Shown here one piece after another: positions 34,420 to 44,300 of a stretch of DNA of 64,000 bases. The stretch comes from Elusimicrobiota bacterium. GTDB taxonomy: Bacteria; Elusimicrobiota; Elusimicrobia; UBA1565. The notes under the pieces were generated by a model. It ran no database searches. It saw only the letters and a list, made by a program, of their open reading frames with translations, and had not been told where the DNA came from. The stretch covers positions 41,519-105,518 of the forward strand of contig JBAZVI010000010.1 in the NCBI GenBank assembly GCA_041660925.1, written 5' to 3'. How positions within the stretch are numbered: position 1 is the first letter of the stretch; each line of letters opens with the position of its first letter. Position numbers and translations under genes: made by a program.

Positions 34420-36426
34420 ATGAGAGACTGCTCGTCGCTCAAGAAGCTCCTTCCGGGCCGCGCCTTCGACGGTGAGGCCGACCTCCTGACCTATTCCTAC
34501 GACGCGGCGCTCGAGCGCGCCCGGCCGGACGCCGTGGTCCTCGCCGAGAGCGTCGAGGACGTGCGCGCGGCCGTGCGCTGGTGTTCGGAGAACCGCGTCC
34601 CCTACGTCGCCCGCGGCGCCGGGACCAACCTCAGCGGCGGCTGCGCTCCCCTGCGGGGCGGGGTCGTGGTCTCGACGGCCCGCTTGAAGCGGATCGTCTC
34701 CGTGGACACGCGCGAGGGCTCCGTCGTCGTCGAGCCGGGGGTCGTCAACCTCGACTTGCAGAAGCGTCTGGAGGCCTGCGGCTGGTTCTACGCGCCCGAC
34801 CCCGCCTCCTACAAGGTCTGCACGCTGGGGGGGAACCTCGGCGAGAACGCCGGCGGCCCGCGCTGCCTCAAGTACGGCGTCACGACCAACCACCTGCGAG
34901 CGCTCGACGTCGTCATGCCCGACGGCGCGCTCGAGCATCTCGACCTCAAGGACCCCGGACTGGAGCTCGCGAGCCTGCTCTGCGGCTCCGAGGGCACGCT
35001 CGGCGTCATCACGAAGGCCTGGCTCGACATCACGCCGATGCCGACCTCCATCGCGACCCTGCTCGTCGCCTTCAAGTCGCTCGAGGACGCGATGGCCTGC
35101 GTCGCCGGGACCATCGCCGCGGGCGTGCTCCCGCGCGTCATGGAGGCCATGGACCGGCTCACCGTCGATTCCATCGAGGCGTACGTTCCCGCGGGCTACC
35201 CGCGCGCCGAGGCCGTCCTGCTCATCGAGCTCGAGGGCGCGGGCCGCGTGCTCGAGGCCGAACTCGAGAAGGTGTCGGAGCTCTGCCGCCGCCACGGCGC
35301 GACCGAGATGAGGACGGCGAAGGACGAGGCCGAGCGCGAGCGTCTGTGGGAAGGCCGGCGCAGCGCCTACGCGGCGCTCGCGCGCCTTGCGCCCAACGTC
35401 TCGGTCGAGGACGGCGTCGTGCCGCGCAGCCGCCTGCCCGAGGCCGCGCGCCGCACCCGCGAGATCTGCGCGTCGTACAAGGCCGAGGCGGGCCTGCTCT
35501 TCCATGCCGGCGACGGGAACCTCCATCCCAACGTCATCTTCGACGAGCGCGACCGCGCCCAGACCGAGCGGGTGCGCCGCGCCGGGCGCGAGGTCCTGCG
35601 CGCCTGCGTCGAGCTCGGCGGCTCCATCTCGGGCGAGCACGGCATCGGCGCCGAGAAGCGCGCCGCGATGACCTGGCTCTTCAGCCCCGAGACCCTGACG
35701 CTCTTCCGCCGCGTCAAGGAGGCGCTCGACCCCGAGGGGCTCGCGAACCCGGACAAGCTCCTGCCCCTGCCGGGCGAGGTCCTGGAGGGCGAGCCGCGCC
35801 CGAAGGCCCGGCCGCTCTCTCCCGCCGCGCAGGCCCTCGTCGACGCGGTGCGCGAGCGCGTCCGCGCGAAGCGGCCCTTCTCCGTCTTCGGCTCCCGCAC
35901 CCGCCTTCCCGGCGAGGTCGCCGCCGTCCATAAGGCCGGCGCGCTCACGACGCGCGGGCTCGACGCGGTCCTCGAACTCGAACGCGCGGACTTCGTCGCC
36001 GTCGTCGAGGCGGGCATCCCGGTCCGGGAGCTGCGCCGGCGCCTGGAGGCCGAAGGCCTCTACGCGCCCCTGCCCGAGGACGGCGGGACGCTCGGCGGCG
36101 CCCTCATGACGAAGGCGCACCCGCCGCTGCGCGACGCGCTGCTGGGCCTGCGCGTGCTGCTCGCCGACGGCTCCGTCTGCGAGCTGGGCGCCAAGGTCGT
36201 CAAGAACGTGGCCGGCTACGACGTGCCGCGCCTGCTCCTCGGCTCCTGGGGGACGCTCGCCGTGGTCCTCGAGGTCACGCTGAAGCTCTCCGCGATCCGT
36301 CCGCTCGGGCCCGCCGCCGCCGAGGCCCCGCGGCCGCCGCGCATGGGCTCCTGGCATCGCCGCCTCAAGCACGGGCTCGACCCGCACGCCCTGCTCAATC
36401 CCTGGTACGCGCAACGCTATGGGTAG
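34420..36426 (+). CDS. glcD: FAD-linked oxidase, fused GlcD-like and GlcE-like glycolate oxidase subunits
   Basis: N-terminal part: VPYVARGAGTNLSGG and HGIGAEKR (GlcD-like). A second FAD-binding PCMH-type region follows: GGTLGGALMT...VKNVAGYDVPRLLLGSWGTLAV (GlcE-like). Confidence 0.8.
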   Translation: MRDCSSLKKLLPGRAFDGEADLLTYSYDAALERARPDAVVLAESVEDVRAAVRWCSENRVPYVARGAGTNLSGGCAPLRGGVVVSTARLKRIVSVDTREGSVVVEPGVVNLDLQKRLEACGWFYAPDPASYKVCTLGGNLGENAGGPRCLKYGVTTNHLRALDVVMPDGALEHLDLKDPGLELASLLCGSEGTLGVITKAWLDITPMPTSIATLLVAFKSLEDAMACVAGTIAAGVLPRVMEAMDRLTVDSIEAYVPAGYPRAEAVLLIELEGAGRVLEAELEKVSELCRRHGATEMRTAKDEAERERLWEGRRSAYAALARLAPNVSVEDGVVPRSRLPEAARRTREICASYKAEAGLLFHAGDGNLHPNVIFDERDRAQTERVRRAGREVLRACVELGGSISGEHGIGAEKRAAMTWLFSPETLTLFRRVKEALDPEGLANPDKLLPLPGEVLEGEPRPKARPLSPAAQALVDAVRERVRAKRPFSVFGSRTRLPGEVAAVHKAGALTTRGLDAVLELERADFVAVVEAGIPVRELRRRLEAEGLYAPLPEDGGTLGGALMTKAHPPLRDALLGLRVLLADGSVCELGAKVVKNVAGYDVPRLLLGSWGTLAVVLEVTLKLSAIRPLGPAAAEAPRPPRMGSWHRRLKHGLDPHALLNPWYAQRYG

Positions 36427-36560
36427 AGGAAGATCTTTTATGAAGCAGCGATCCTCCCTCTCCCTGCCCACGCCGCCGCCTTCGGCGCCGGGATCGCACG
36501 CGGTAAGGAATCTGATAGTGCGAACTCCCGAAGGGGGAGGCAACAGGGGACGCATCCCCC

Positions 36561-37850
36561 ATGTCTGAACAGCTCGGGAAGCTCCTCACCTCCCTAGGGG
36601 AACGGTCGGATTACGACGCGGTCAGCCAGTGCAGCCGCTGCGGCTACTGCGAACAGGCCTGCCCCACCTACGTCGCCTCCGGGCGCGAGGCGTACTCGGC
36701 GCGCGGACGCAATCAGCTCGTGCGCCTCATGCTGGAGGGGAAGGTCGAGCGTACGGCTTGCGCGCAGGAGGCTTTCTCGACCTGCCTGCTCTGCGGGGCG
36801 TGCACGGAGGTCTGTCCCGCGCACGTGCCGACCGCCGACATCGTGCTCGAGGGCCGGCGCGAGCTCGCGGGGAGCGCGCCGGGCTGGCTCTGGAAGGGGC
36901 TCTCGGCGCTCCTGCTCGGGCCGCGCGTCCGCCTCGAGCGGGTCCTGGGGCTCGCCTACTTCTTCAAGCGCCTGGGCTTCTCGCGGCTGGCGGGGCGCCT
37001 CGGGCTGCTGCGCCTCCTCGGCCTGCGCGCTCTCGAGGAGGCCGACCGGCACGTCGAAGAGGTCCCCGACTCCCTGTTGGGCCCGCTCCTGCGCGCGGAC
37101 CCCGAGCTCGCCCCGCGCGCCGACGCGAGACACCACTATTTCGCCTCCTGCGGCCCGGACTTCCTTTTCCCGCGCGTGGGCCTGGCGACGACGAGGATCC
37201 TCAAGACCCTCGGGCCCGCCGACTACCGGGGGAACCCCTGCTGCGGCCTGCTCGCCTACAACTACGGCGACCTGGCCACGGCCCGGGAGCTCGCGCGCCG
37301 CAACATCGTCCTCTTCGAACAGGCGGACGACGGGGCGCCGGTCGTCGCGGACTGCTCCTCCTGCGCGGCTTTCCTCAAAAGCTACCCTCAGCTCTTCCTC
37401 GATGACGCCGAGTGGCGGCCGCGCGCCGAGCGCTTCGCCGGGAGCGTGCTCGACGCCGTCGAGCTCGAGCCCTCGCTGCCCCCGCGGACGCTGAAGGGGA
37501 CCCTCGCCTTCCACGATTCCTGCCGGGCGAGCCACGGGCAGGGCCTGCGCGCGCAGCCGCGCCGCGTCCTCGCGCCGGCGGCGGAGGCGGTCCGCGAGAT
37601 GCCGGATTCCGACGTCTGCTGCGGGGGCGCCGGCCTCTTCGCCTTCAAGCATCCCGAGCTCTCGGAGAAGCTCCTGCTGCGCAAGGTCTCGGCCGCCGCG
37701 CACGTCCAGGCGCGCGTCGTGAGCGCGTCGGGGACCTCGTGCCTGCTCCAGCTTGCGCGGGGACTGAGGAAGTATTATCCTGAGGCACGGGTCGCACACT
37801 GGTCGGAACTGGTCTGCGAAGCGCTGGATATGGATAAAGCTCATGGGTAG
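36561..37850 (+). CDS. glcF: glycolate oxidase iron-sulfur subunit GlcF-like ((Fe-S)-binding, CCG domains)
   Basis: CSRCGYCEQACPTY and CLLCGACTEVCPAHV ferredoxin motifs. CCG-type motifs PCCG and DVCCGGAG. Confidence 0.85.
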   Translation: MSEQLGKLLTSLGERSDYDAVSQCSRCGYCEQACPTYVASGREAYSARGRNQLVRLMLEGKVERTACAQEAFSTCLLCGACTEVCPAHVPTADIVLEGRRELAGSAPGWLWKGLSALLLGPRVRLERVLGLAYFFKRLGFSRLAGRLGLLRLLGLRALEEADRHVEEVPDSLLGPLLRADPELAPRADARHHYFASCGPDFLFPRVGLATTRILKTLGPADYRGNPCCGLLAYNYGDLATARELARRNIVLFEQADDGAPVVADCSSCAAFLKSYPQLFLDDAEWRPRAERFAGSVLDAVELEPSLPPRTLKGTLAFHDSCRASHGQGLRAQPRRVLAPAAEAVREMPDSDVCCGGAGLFAFKHPELSEKLLLRKVSAAAHVQARVVSASGTSCLLQLARGLRKYYPEARVAHWSELVCEALDMDKAHG

Positions 37851-38973
37851 ACGGCAGGAGCTCGAGCGCAGACAGATGCTGCTGGCGCGCTTCGGCCGCC
37901 GCATCGCGACCGAGACGCGCATCGACAGCCTCCTCACCATCATCGCCGAGGAGGTCCGCCACATCCTCGGCGCCGACCGCTGCTCCGTCTTCCTCATCGA
38001 CAACGAGAAGAACGAGCTCTGGACCAAGGTCGCCCTCGGCGTCGGCGAGAAGGTCCTGCGCATCCCCATGGGCCAGGGCATCGCCGGCTTCGTCGCCAAG
38101 ACCGGCTCGGCCGTCAACATCCGCGATGCCTACCGCGACCGCCGCTTCACCCAGGACCTCGACCGCCTCACGGGCTATCAGACCAAGAGCCTGCTCGCCG
38201 TCCCGCTCAAGGACCGCGAAGGCCGCGGGCTCGGCGTCTTCGAGGTGCTCAACAAGGCCAAGGGCCCCTTCAACGACGAGGACGAGGGCTTCCTCCGCAT
38301 ACTCGCCACCATCGCCTCCTCCTCCATCGAGAACGCGCGGCTCTACGAGAACCTGCGCCGCTCGCACCTCGAGACCATCTACCGGCTGGCCATGGTTGCG
38401 GAATACCGCGACCAGCAGGACACCGCCTCGCACCTGCGGCGCATCTCCAAGTACACGGCCATCGTGGCCGCCCAGCTCGGCCTCGCCTACGACCTCGTCG
38501 AAGACCTCCGCTACGCGAGCCCGCTGCACGACATCGGCAAGGTCGCCATCCCGGACGCCATCCTGCTGAAGCCGGGCAAGCTCACCCCCGACGAGTACGA
38601 GGAGATGAAGAAGCACCCCGTCTACGGGGCGCGCATGCTCGAGGGCGCCGAGTCGCGGCTCCTCAAGCTCGCGCGCAACATCGCGCTCGCGCACCACGAG
38701 CACTGGGACGGCACCGGCTACCCGCACGGGCTCAAGGGCGAAGAGATCCCGCTCGAGGCCCGCATCGTCTCCGTCGTGGACGTCTTCGACGCCCTCACGA
38801 CCCGCCGCGTTTACAAGGGCGCCTGGACGATGGACGAGACCTTCAAGTACATGATGGACCAGTCCGGCCGCCTCTTCGACCCCTCCGTCGTCGAATCCTT
38901 CCTCAAGGCCCGCGACCAGGTCAGCGAGCTCTGCCTCGACGAGCGGGCCAAGGGCGTCGAAGCCCGGGTATAG
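37843..38973 (+). CDS. GAF-domain HD-GYP phosphodiesterase (c-di-GMP signalling family)
   Basis: 8-nt overlap with glcF. GAF part: GIAGFVAKTGSAVNIRDAY. HD-GYP part: HDIGKVAIPD, HHEHWDGTGYPHGL, VVDVFDALT. Confidence 0.85.
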   Translation: MGRRQELERRQMLLARFGRRIATETRIDSLLTIIAEEVRHILGADRCSVFLIDNEKNELWTKVALGVGEKVLRIPMGQGIAGFVAKTGSAVNIRDAYRDRRFTQDLDRLTGYQTKSLLAVPLKDREGRGLGVFEVLNKAKGPFNDEDEGFLRILATIASSSIENARLYENLRRSHLETIYRLAMVAEYRDQQDTASHLRRISKYTAIVAAQLGLAYDLVEDLRYASPLHDIGKVAIPDAILLKPGKLTPDEYEEMKKHPVYGARMLEGAESRLLKLARNIALAHHEHWDGTGYPHGLKGEEIPLEARIVSVVDVFDALTTRRVYKGAWTMDETFKYMMDQSGRLFDPSVVESFLKARDQVSELCLDERAKGVEARV

Positions 38974-39030
38974 TCGGGCCATTTCCGTTTTTGCTAATAT
39001 AACCCCCGTCGCACCCAGGCCGTTCTTTCT

Positions 39031-39104
39031 GCGGGCGTGGTTCAATGGTAGAACGCTACCTTGCCAAGGTAGAGACGGCGGTTCGATTCCGCTCGCCCGC
39101 TCCA
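39031..39104 (+). tRNA. tRNA-Gly (anticodon GCC), CCA encoded
   Basis: The acceptor GCGGGCG/CGCCCGC, D-arm GTTC..GAAC, anticodon stem CTACC/GGTAG with loop TTGCCAA, and T-arm GGCGG-TTCGATT-CCGCT fold by hand. Confidence 0.9.
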
Positions 39105-39152
39105 GTTTAAGCACGAAGGGCTCCGCGTAAGCGGGGCCCTTCGTGCTTAAAC
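39105..39152 (+). terminator. 17-bp stem hairpin directly after tRNA-Gly
   Basis: GTTTAAGCACGAAGGGC ... GCCCTTCGTGCTTAAAC is a perfect inverted repeat. Confidence 0.55.
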
Positions 39153-39381
39153 TGGTCTGGATGTCCGGAATCGAACCGCTTTCCTCCCAGGGGAGGTTAC
39201 AGTGCGGCGCGACCGACTGCCCGCGCGCCGACACGCCATAGGAGGGGGGCGGGCCCCCCTCCTGTGGGGAGCCGCCGAGCCGCGCCCACGCTAGTGACTA
39301 TTCCTCTGCGCGGCGAGGGCACCTGCGGCCCTCCTGCCCGATTATCGATCGGGCGAGAGGCCGCAGGCGGCGACAGGGGGT

Positions 39382-39404
39382 GGTTCGATTCCGCTCGCCC
39401 GCTC
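39382..39404 (+). repeat. 23-nt copy of tRNA-Gly 3' end (att-like scar)
   Basis: GGTTCGATTCCGCTCGCCCGCTC is identical to 39080-39102. Confidence 0.8.
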
Positions 39405-39430
39405 ATTTAGGGCCCTTCCTCTGTCTGGCG

Positions 39431-39814
39431 ATGACGGAGATGGAACTTTTCGAACCCCTCGGCCGTTATCCGAGTATGGGGGATGAACTCGCGCTTGAGG
39501 CTCTGGGACGGAAGATCCATGTCCTGCGTGGGCACCGGATCATGCTCGATGAGGACCTGGCTCCTCTTTACGGCGTGACAATCAAGCGCCTGAACCAACA
39601 GGTACACCGCAATCTGAAGCGGTTCCCCGCGGACTTCATGTTCCAGCTGGATGCTCCCGAGAGGGATTCTCTAAGGTTGCAGAACGCAACCTTAGAGAGT
39701 GGACGCGGACGTTATCGTAAATGGGGCGCCTATTCAGGGGTGGCGCCCGTTACCCACCACTATTATGGCCCGGTTCGTCGGGATCTCAAGGGCCGAGGTG
39801 TTGAGAGTTGTTAA
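39431..39814 (+). CDS. ORF6N/KilA-N-type DNA-binding protein, probably truncated or decaying
   Basis: LRGHRIMLDEDLAPLYGVTIKRLNQQVHRNLKRFPADFMFQL is the ORF6N signature. The C-terminus diverges, and an IMARFV-like remnant of the usual C-terminus sits in another frame. Confidence 0.6.
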   Translation: MTEMELFEPLGRYPSMGDELALEALGRKIHVLRGHRIMLDEDLAPLYGVTIKRLNQQVHRNLKRFPADFMFQLDAPERDSLRLQNATLESGRGRYRKWGAYSGVAPVTHHYYGPVRRDLKGRGVESC

Positions 39815-39926
39815 GGTCCAGCGGGAAATCTGGGTGTCTGTCTCCCTGATTCTCCGACGGAAGCTCGTCGGAGGCTTTGCGGCTTTATGTTTATTATGTG
39901 TGAATGATTACCTTGCAAGATTCCTA

Positions 39927-39955
39927 TTGACACAATCTCTGGTTTGCGTTATAAA
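39927..39955 (+). promoter_or_regulatory. near-consensus sigma70-type promoter
   Basis: TTGACA, a 17-nt spacer, then TATAAA, about 270 nt upstream of the HEAT-repeat gene. Confidence 0.45.
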
Positions 39956-40226
39956 CATCAGCGGAAGCTCGGGCGGTCGTGACCGCGGACATGCGCGCGG
40001 TCGTGATGGATCGACGCAGACGCACACGGCGCGAAGCAGCAGCGGACGGCGCCGGGCAGCACATCTTCCGGCCTCAGAGGTGTGGCTTGTTCGCGCCGAG
40101 GAACATTACGCCGAATTGTAATTGCACCCCTGCTTATTCCTGCGACCGCGGGAATACTACTTCCTCATCTCACTCATTCCGGCAAGTTCATTTCTGGGCC
40201 ATTAGCTCAGACGGAGATCTCATTCA

Positions 40227-41327
40227 ATGAAGAGTATCCTCGGCATTCTCATCGCCATTGTATTGGCGGGCCAATTCGCGAACGTGACATATTCGCAGCA
40301 GAATGTTGCAGGCGGATTGTGCGAACGATTAAAAATGTATGGCGATGCAAAAACGGATAGAGAGCGTGCCGCGGGGTATAACGGGTTAAGAAGTGCGTCG
40401 GTCGATACTCCTAAGGATCTCGCATGTCTTAGGAAGTCCCTTCTTCAGAAGCAAGCAGATGAAGTGCTTTCGGGTGGTGTTCGAGACCTGGTTTTTAAAA
40501 TCAATAAGCCAAAAGACCTTGAGCAGTTGATTGACGTGGTGGAGAGGGGTCTGCCTCTATTGCGTAAAAGTGCAGGCAAGGAATTGTCAGAGGCCGACGC
40601 GGCAGTCTTAGAGAATCAGCAAATGATTATTGTCCGTGTGATACAAAGGCTTGGGGAGTTGAAGGTTGGGAAGGCAATCCCAATCCTGAGGCAATGTCTC
40701 GAGTTCGAGGGGACTGAGCCGGAGGCATCTACCGCTCTTGCTCTTTTTGGAGACACTACATCATCGTATCCAGCAATGGAGAAGATGGTTCGTGACCTTG
40801 AAGATCAGACTCTACAGGCCAAGTGGCCAGAATTAGCACAGCAGATGATTCGTATTCATGATAAAAGAGCTAAGCCCTATTTATTGAAATTGACTCAGCA
40901 TGAGGATTTTTACGTTGGTAATTATGCTGCAAGGGCATTCGTAAACCTGGTCGAAGAGGGGGATTTCGTCGCACTTAAAGGCATGACGAGAAATCCAAAT
41001 CCGAGTGTGCGTAGTTGTTCTATTCGAGGGATTGGGAAAATCCAATCTTCGGCGTATGACGACATTCTGGTTGAGATGCTTCGTGAAGATGCGGACGAGA
41101 ACGTTAGAGCGGAGGCCGCAGATGAATTGGGCCGCAAGAATGTAAGGAAGGCGATTCCCGATTTAAAGAACGCTTTGAAAAGCAAGGATTTGCGAATACG
41201 AGCCAATGCATTCGTTGCGTTATACCTCTTAACGGGGACAAAATTCGATTTTGAGGGAAGATCGGCCCGAGACGATGATAGGGCGGAGCAAGAGGTTCGG
41301 CTTCGCCTGCGCATGGGCAGCAAGTGA
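40227..41327 (+). CDS. secreted HEAT/PBS-lyase-like repeat protein
   Basis: Signal peptide MKSILGILIAIVLAGQFA. HEAT-like repeats NPNPSVRSCSIRGIGKI and DENVRAEAADELGRKNVRKAIPDLKNALKSKDLRIRANAFVAL. Confidence 0.7.
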   Translation: MKSILGILIAIVLAGQFANVTYSQQNVAGGLCERLKMYGDAKTDRERAAGYNGLRSASVDTPKDLACLRKSLLQKQADEVLSGGVRDLVFKINKPKDLEQLIDVVERGLPLLRKSAGKELSEADAAVLENQQMIIVRVIQRLGELKVGKAIPILRQCLEFEGTEPEASTALALFGDTTSSYPAMEKMVRDLEDQTLQAKWPELAQQMIRIHDKRAKPYLLKLTQHEDFYVGNYAARAFVNLVEEGDFVALKGMTRNPNPSVRSCSIRGIGKIQSSAYDDILVEMLREDADENVRAEAADELGRKNVRKAIPDLKNALKSKDLRIRANAFVALYLLTGTKFDFEGRSARDDDRAEQEVRLRLRMGSK

Positions 41328-41328
41328 T

Positions 41329-44300
41329 ATGGCAAGAAATTTTATACTTACGCTTTTTTTCGTGGCGGTTTTTTGTGTGCCGAGCGCAGCATTCTGGAGT
41401 GTCACGACAGATGGGATGAGTACTCATAAGAAATTGTCTATAAGTGCTGAACAAATGCTGGACGATGAATATCCAGATTTTTTCATTGAGAAATATTACA
41501 GAAAGCGTGTTGCGGGGTGGACATCAGGTTATAGAGACGATTGTGATGCGCATGATGGGAACTGCTCGGCGAACGATGGGAATATTTTTAATCATTGGCG
41601 AAATGCGGGGCTTGCCTATGCCAAAGGTCAATTTGCTGCTGCATATCGGAGTATAGCGCTAATCCTTCACTTGGTTGAAGATCGAGCGGTCCCTGCTCAT
41701 GTGAAGATGATTAGCCATGGGTTCCCACCGCGGATGGACAATCTTGAGGAGATGGCGCATAGGAATTATAGGCCACTTTTCCGAGGGATATTAGGCTCAT
41801 TAGATTCATTATCGCATCATGCGGATATGGATGCTCTCACAAAAGCTTTGATAGGCGATGATTATTGGAAGCAATATTGGATCGATGGTGCGTATGGGGA
41901 GAATGATTCTGATTCCTTCCCGCCTTATTGGTTTATCGCTGGGACGGCAGAACGCACTCTTCTGAGAAATCTGCTTGGTAGCGCCGCGGGCCATGCGGCG
42001 GGGATGTTAATGGCCGTTTCGAAATCTCTTCCCCCAGTAATTATGGATTTGCGGATTAACCGTTTTATGAGTGGCCCCGCTAATCCGCTGATCGTAAACT
42101 TTCATGTTTTAGAAAATAGGAAAAAGGACATCACTATTACAGTTAAAATTTTAAATTCCGTTGGAGTGGACACGGGGCGTCTGGCGGTAAATAGTTATGT
42201 ATATCCGCTGAAGGCTGGGGTAGTTATCCCATGGGAAGATAATGTTACGTTGACATGGAATGGCACTCCGGCGAATGGCGGGACATTGGAAGATGGGGAG
42301 TATAAACTAGAAGTCTGGGCAATCGATGCGGATGAGAAATCCAGTAGTGAAACGACAACAAGCTTCATTCTCGATCGCAATCCTCCCCAAATCACGCTGA
42401 AAAACTCGAAAGACGTCAGTGTGCTTTCTGATTTCAGCGGAGTCGGCCTGCCGGGAGATGTCATTGTCACGACGGACCCGAACCTCACCTTGACTGCGGA
42501 AGATAATCCCTCGGGCATCAAGTCGTTCCGGCTTTATCGCTTGGGTGGAGCTGATAGCAGCCCCCCGACCGAATTCGGAGCGCCGAAATTTAGTCTTCAG
42601 CAGTCGCTCCCGTCGCTCCGTGACGGTGATTATGTCCTCGAAGTCGTCGATGCTGCAGGAAACATCACCTCCCACCGGATTCAGATTGTCGCCAACGCAA
42701 CCAGGATCGTCGTCAGGAAGCCCACGGACGACACCTCCGCGCCCTCCATCATCGATACGCGTCTCAGGCATTTGAGCGGGGTTACCGGAAGCCGGTCGAT
42801 TTCGATTGCTATGGAGAATACCATCGTCGGTCTTTCCCATTATTCAGTGATGTTGGGGGAGACGCTCATATCTTCTCAGGGATTCAGCGGTGCTCCGCAG
42901 AGCTATTCGGAAACACTCTCCGACCTTGCTTATGGGATCTACTCGATAAAGGTCCTTGATGCAGAGAATCGCGAGCTTGCCACGACGCTTTCGATAGGCG
43001 AGGTTATCCTCCAGCTCTCAACAGAGACGGCGACGACGCGATATGACGAGACGAATGGGGTCTTCCTCGCGACGCTCGATGCCAAGGTGCGAGTCGGGGG
43101 AGGGCTGAAATCAATCGAACTGTATTATGCGAACCCTGACGTCACTCGCGTTCGTGCATATGCGTACACGGGAGAAACGACGGATATCGTGCGTTCGATG
43201 ACGGATTTGCCTTCCGGTGATTATTATCTCGTTGCGCGAGCGGCGAGCGGCGAATCCTATGCGACCAATTTCTCCTTGAAAACTGACCAGTATGAGGTCG
43301 GAATCGACCCGTCTGAGAGCGGCTCTTCGCTCCAAAATGTCGTGACCGGGGGGCAATGGGGACTTACGTTGGCGACAGAGGGGAATCTCTTTGCTTCCGC
43401 GGGATCGTTCACTAGCCCGGTCAAGAAATTCAAGTTGGCTGGGACCGAGAGCAATCGGCTTTTCCTGGGCGGATATATCGAGCAGTACAAGGATGGAGAT
43501 TTTTGCCATTACAACGCAGGGAATGTTTCTGCTATCGATCCTCTTTTGGCTGACCGCTCGGTCAGTTTGGTGACGCCATTGCGCACCGGCTTTCTGGGGA
43601 AGAACAAAACGGCCTATCGGACGGGGAACACCAACGAGCTCGTTTCGGCATTCCAGACGCTTGCGGAGAACAATGTCTGGACCTCCCAGCCATTGGGATG
43701 CAATGGGGCTTGTTGGGAGCCCAAGGTGACAAATTTCAATGAGACGTGCCCCTCGGGGAAGCTGACAGTCGGGCGATACATCCAGTATCGGACGGAGAAG
43801 GAGGCTCAGCCCGCCGATATAACCAACAACTGCGTCTTGGGCGAAGATGGGAATTGCGCAACAGATATCATGGGCCATCCCGCGCGATATTGGGGGGGAG
43901 CCGGCTATAACGGTCTCCTTACTGCGACGGGACAAGGTCTAGACTATGATCCGTTGAATGTGACAGTGAACTCGTTGCAGCTCATCAGCCCGACAGGGAG
44001 TAACGTTGCGCTCTTCCCTGGTGGGGAAGCAGTCTTCGATACCCCGACAACCCCGTTCAATTTCTCGATAAATCCAGCGAATGTGCCGGATCTCCCGGGG
44101 TTCAAGTCGTTGGTGAAGTCTGAGGCGAGTTGCCCAGGCAATTTTTCAGCGATAACGCTGACTTTTAACATCCCCAATCTTCCTGAAGGGGCGCAAATCA
44201 GACACGTCATCAACCCTGCAACTGGAGCATCTGAGGACATCACAACGGGGAAAACGAGTAACAGCATCACTGGGAGAGCGAGTTCATGCTCGCCATTTCT

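Noticed and set aside
36440-36568. 42-codon ORF (MKQRSSLSLPTPPPSAPGSHAVRNL...) with a GAGGA Shine-Dalgarno-like site in the glcDE-glcF spacer, ending 8 nt inside the glcF start.
   Set aside because: It has low-complexity composition and no recognisable family. It cannot be supported from sequence alone and could equally be a chance ORF. Ribosome profiling would be needed.
39153-39240. Possible complete minus-strand tRNA next to tRNA-Gly (T-loop GGTTCGATTCC, acceptor-like end, a CTGTAA anticodon-loop-like word and a CCTCCC..GGGAGG arm).
   Set aside because: I could not fold a cloverleaf. There is no 5' acceptor strand complementary to CATCCAG, the T-stem pairs only 3 bp, and no anticodon stem forms. 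I treat it as a tRNA-derived fragment (see finding).
39699-40121. 140-aa plus-strand ORF in the low-GC gap between the ORF6N remnant and the HEAT gene.
   Set aside because: It overlaps the ORF6N 3' end and runs through the predicted promoter. There is no Shine-Dalgarno site or motif. Its first part more likely preserves a frameshifted remnant of the ORF6N C-terminus.
39960-40226. c-di-GMP-I (GEMM)-like riboswitch in the leader (words ACGCACAC..GGC and TTCCGGCCTCA resemble conserved GEMM segments).
   Set aside because: The resemblance is limited to short GC-rich words. I could not build the P1/P2 tetraloop-receptor architecture by hand. An Infernal scan is needed before any claim.
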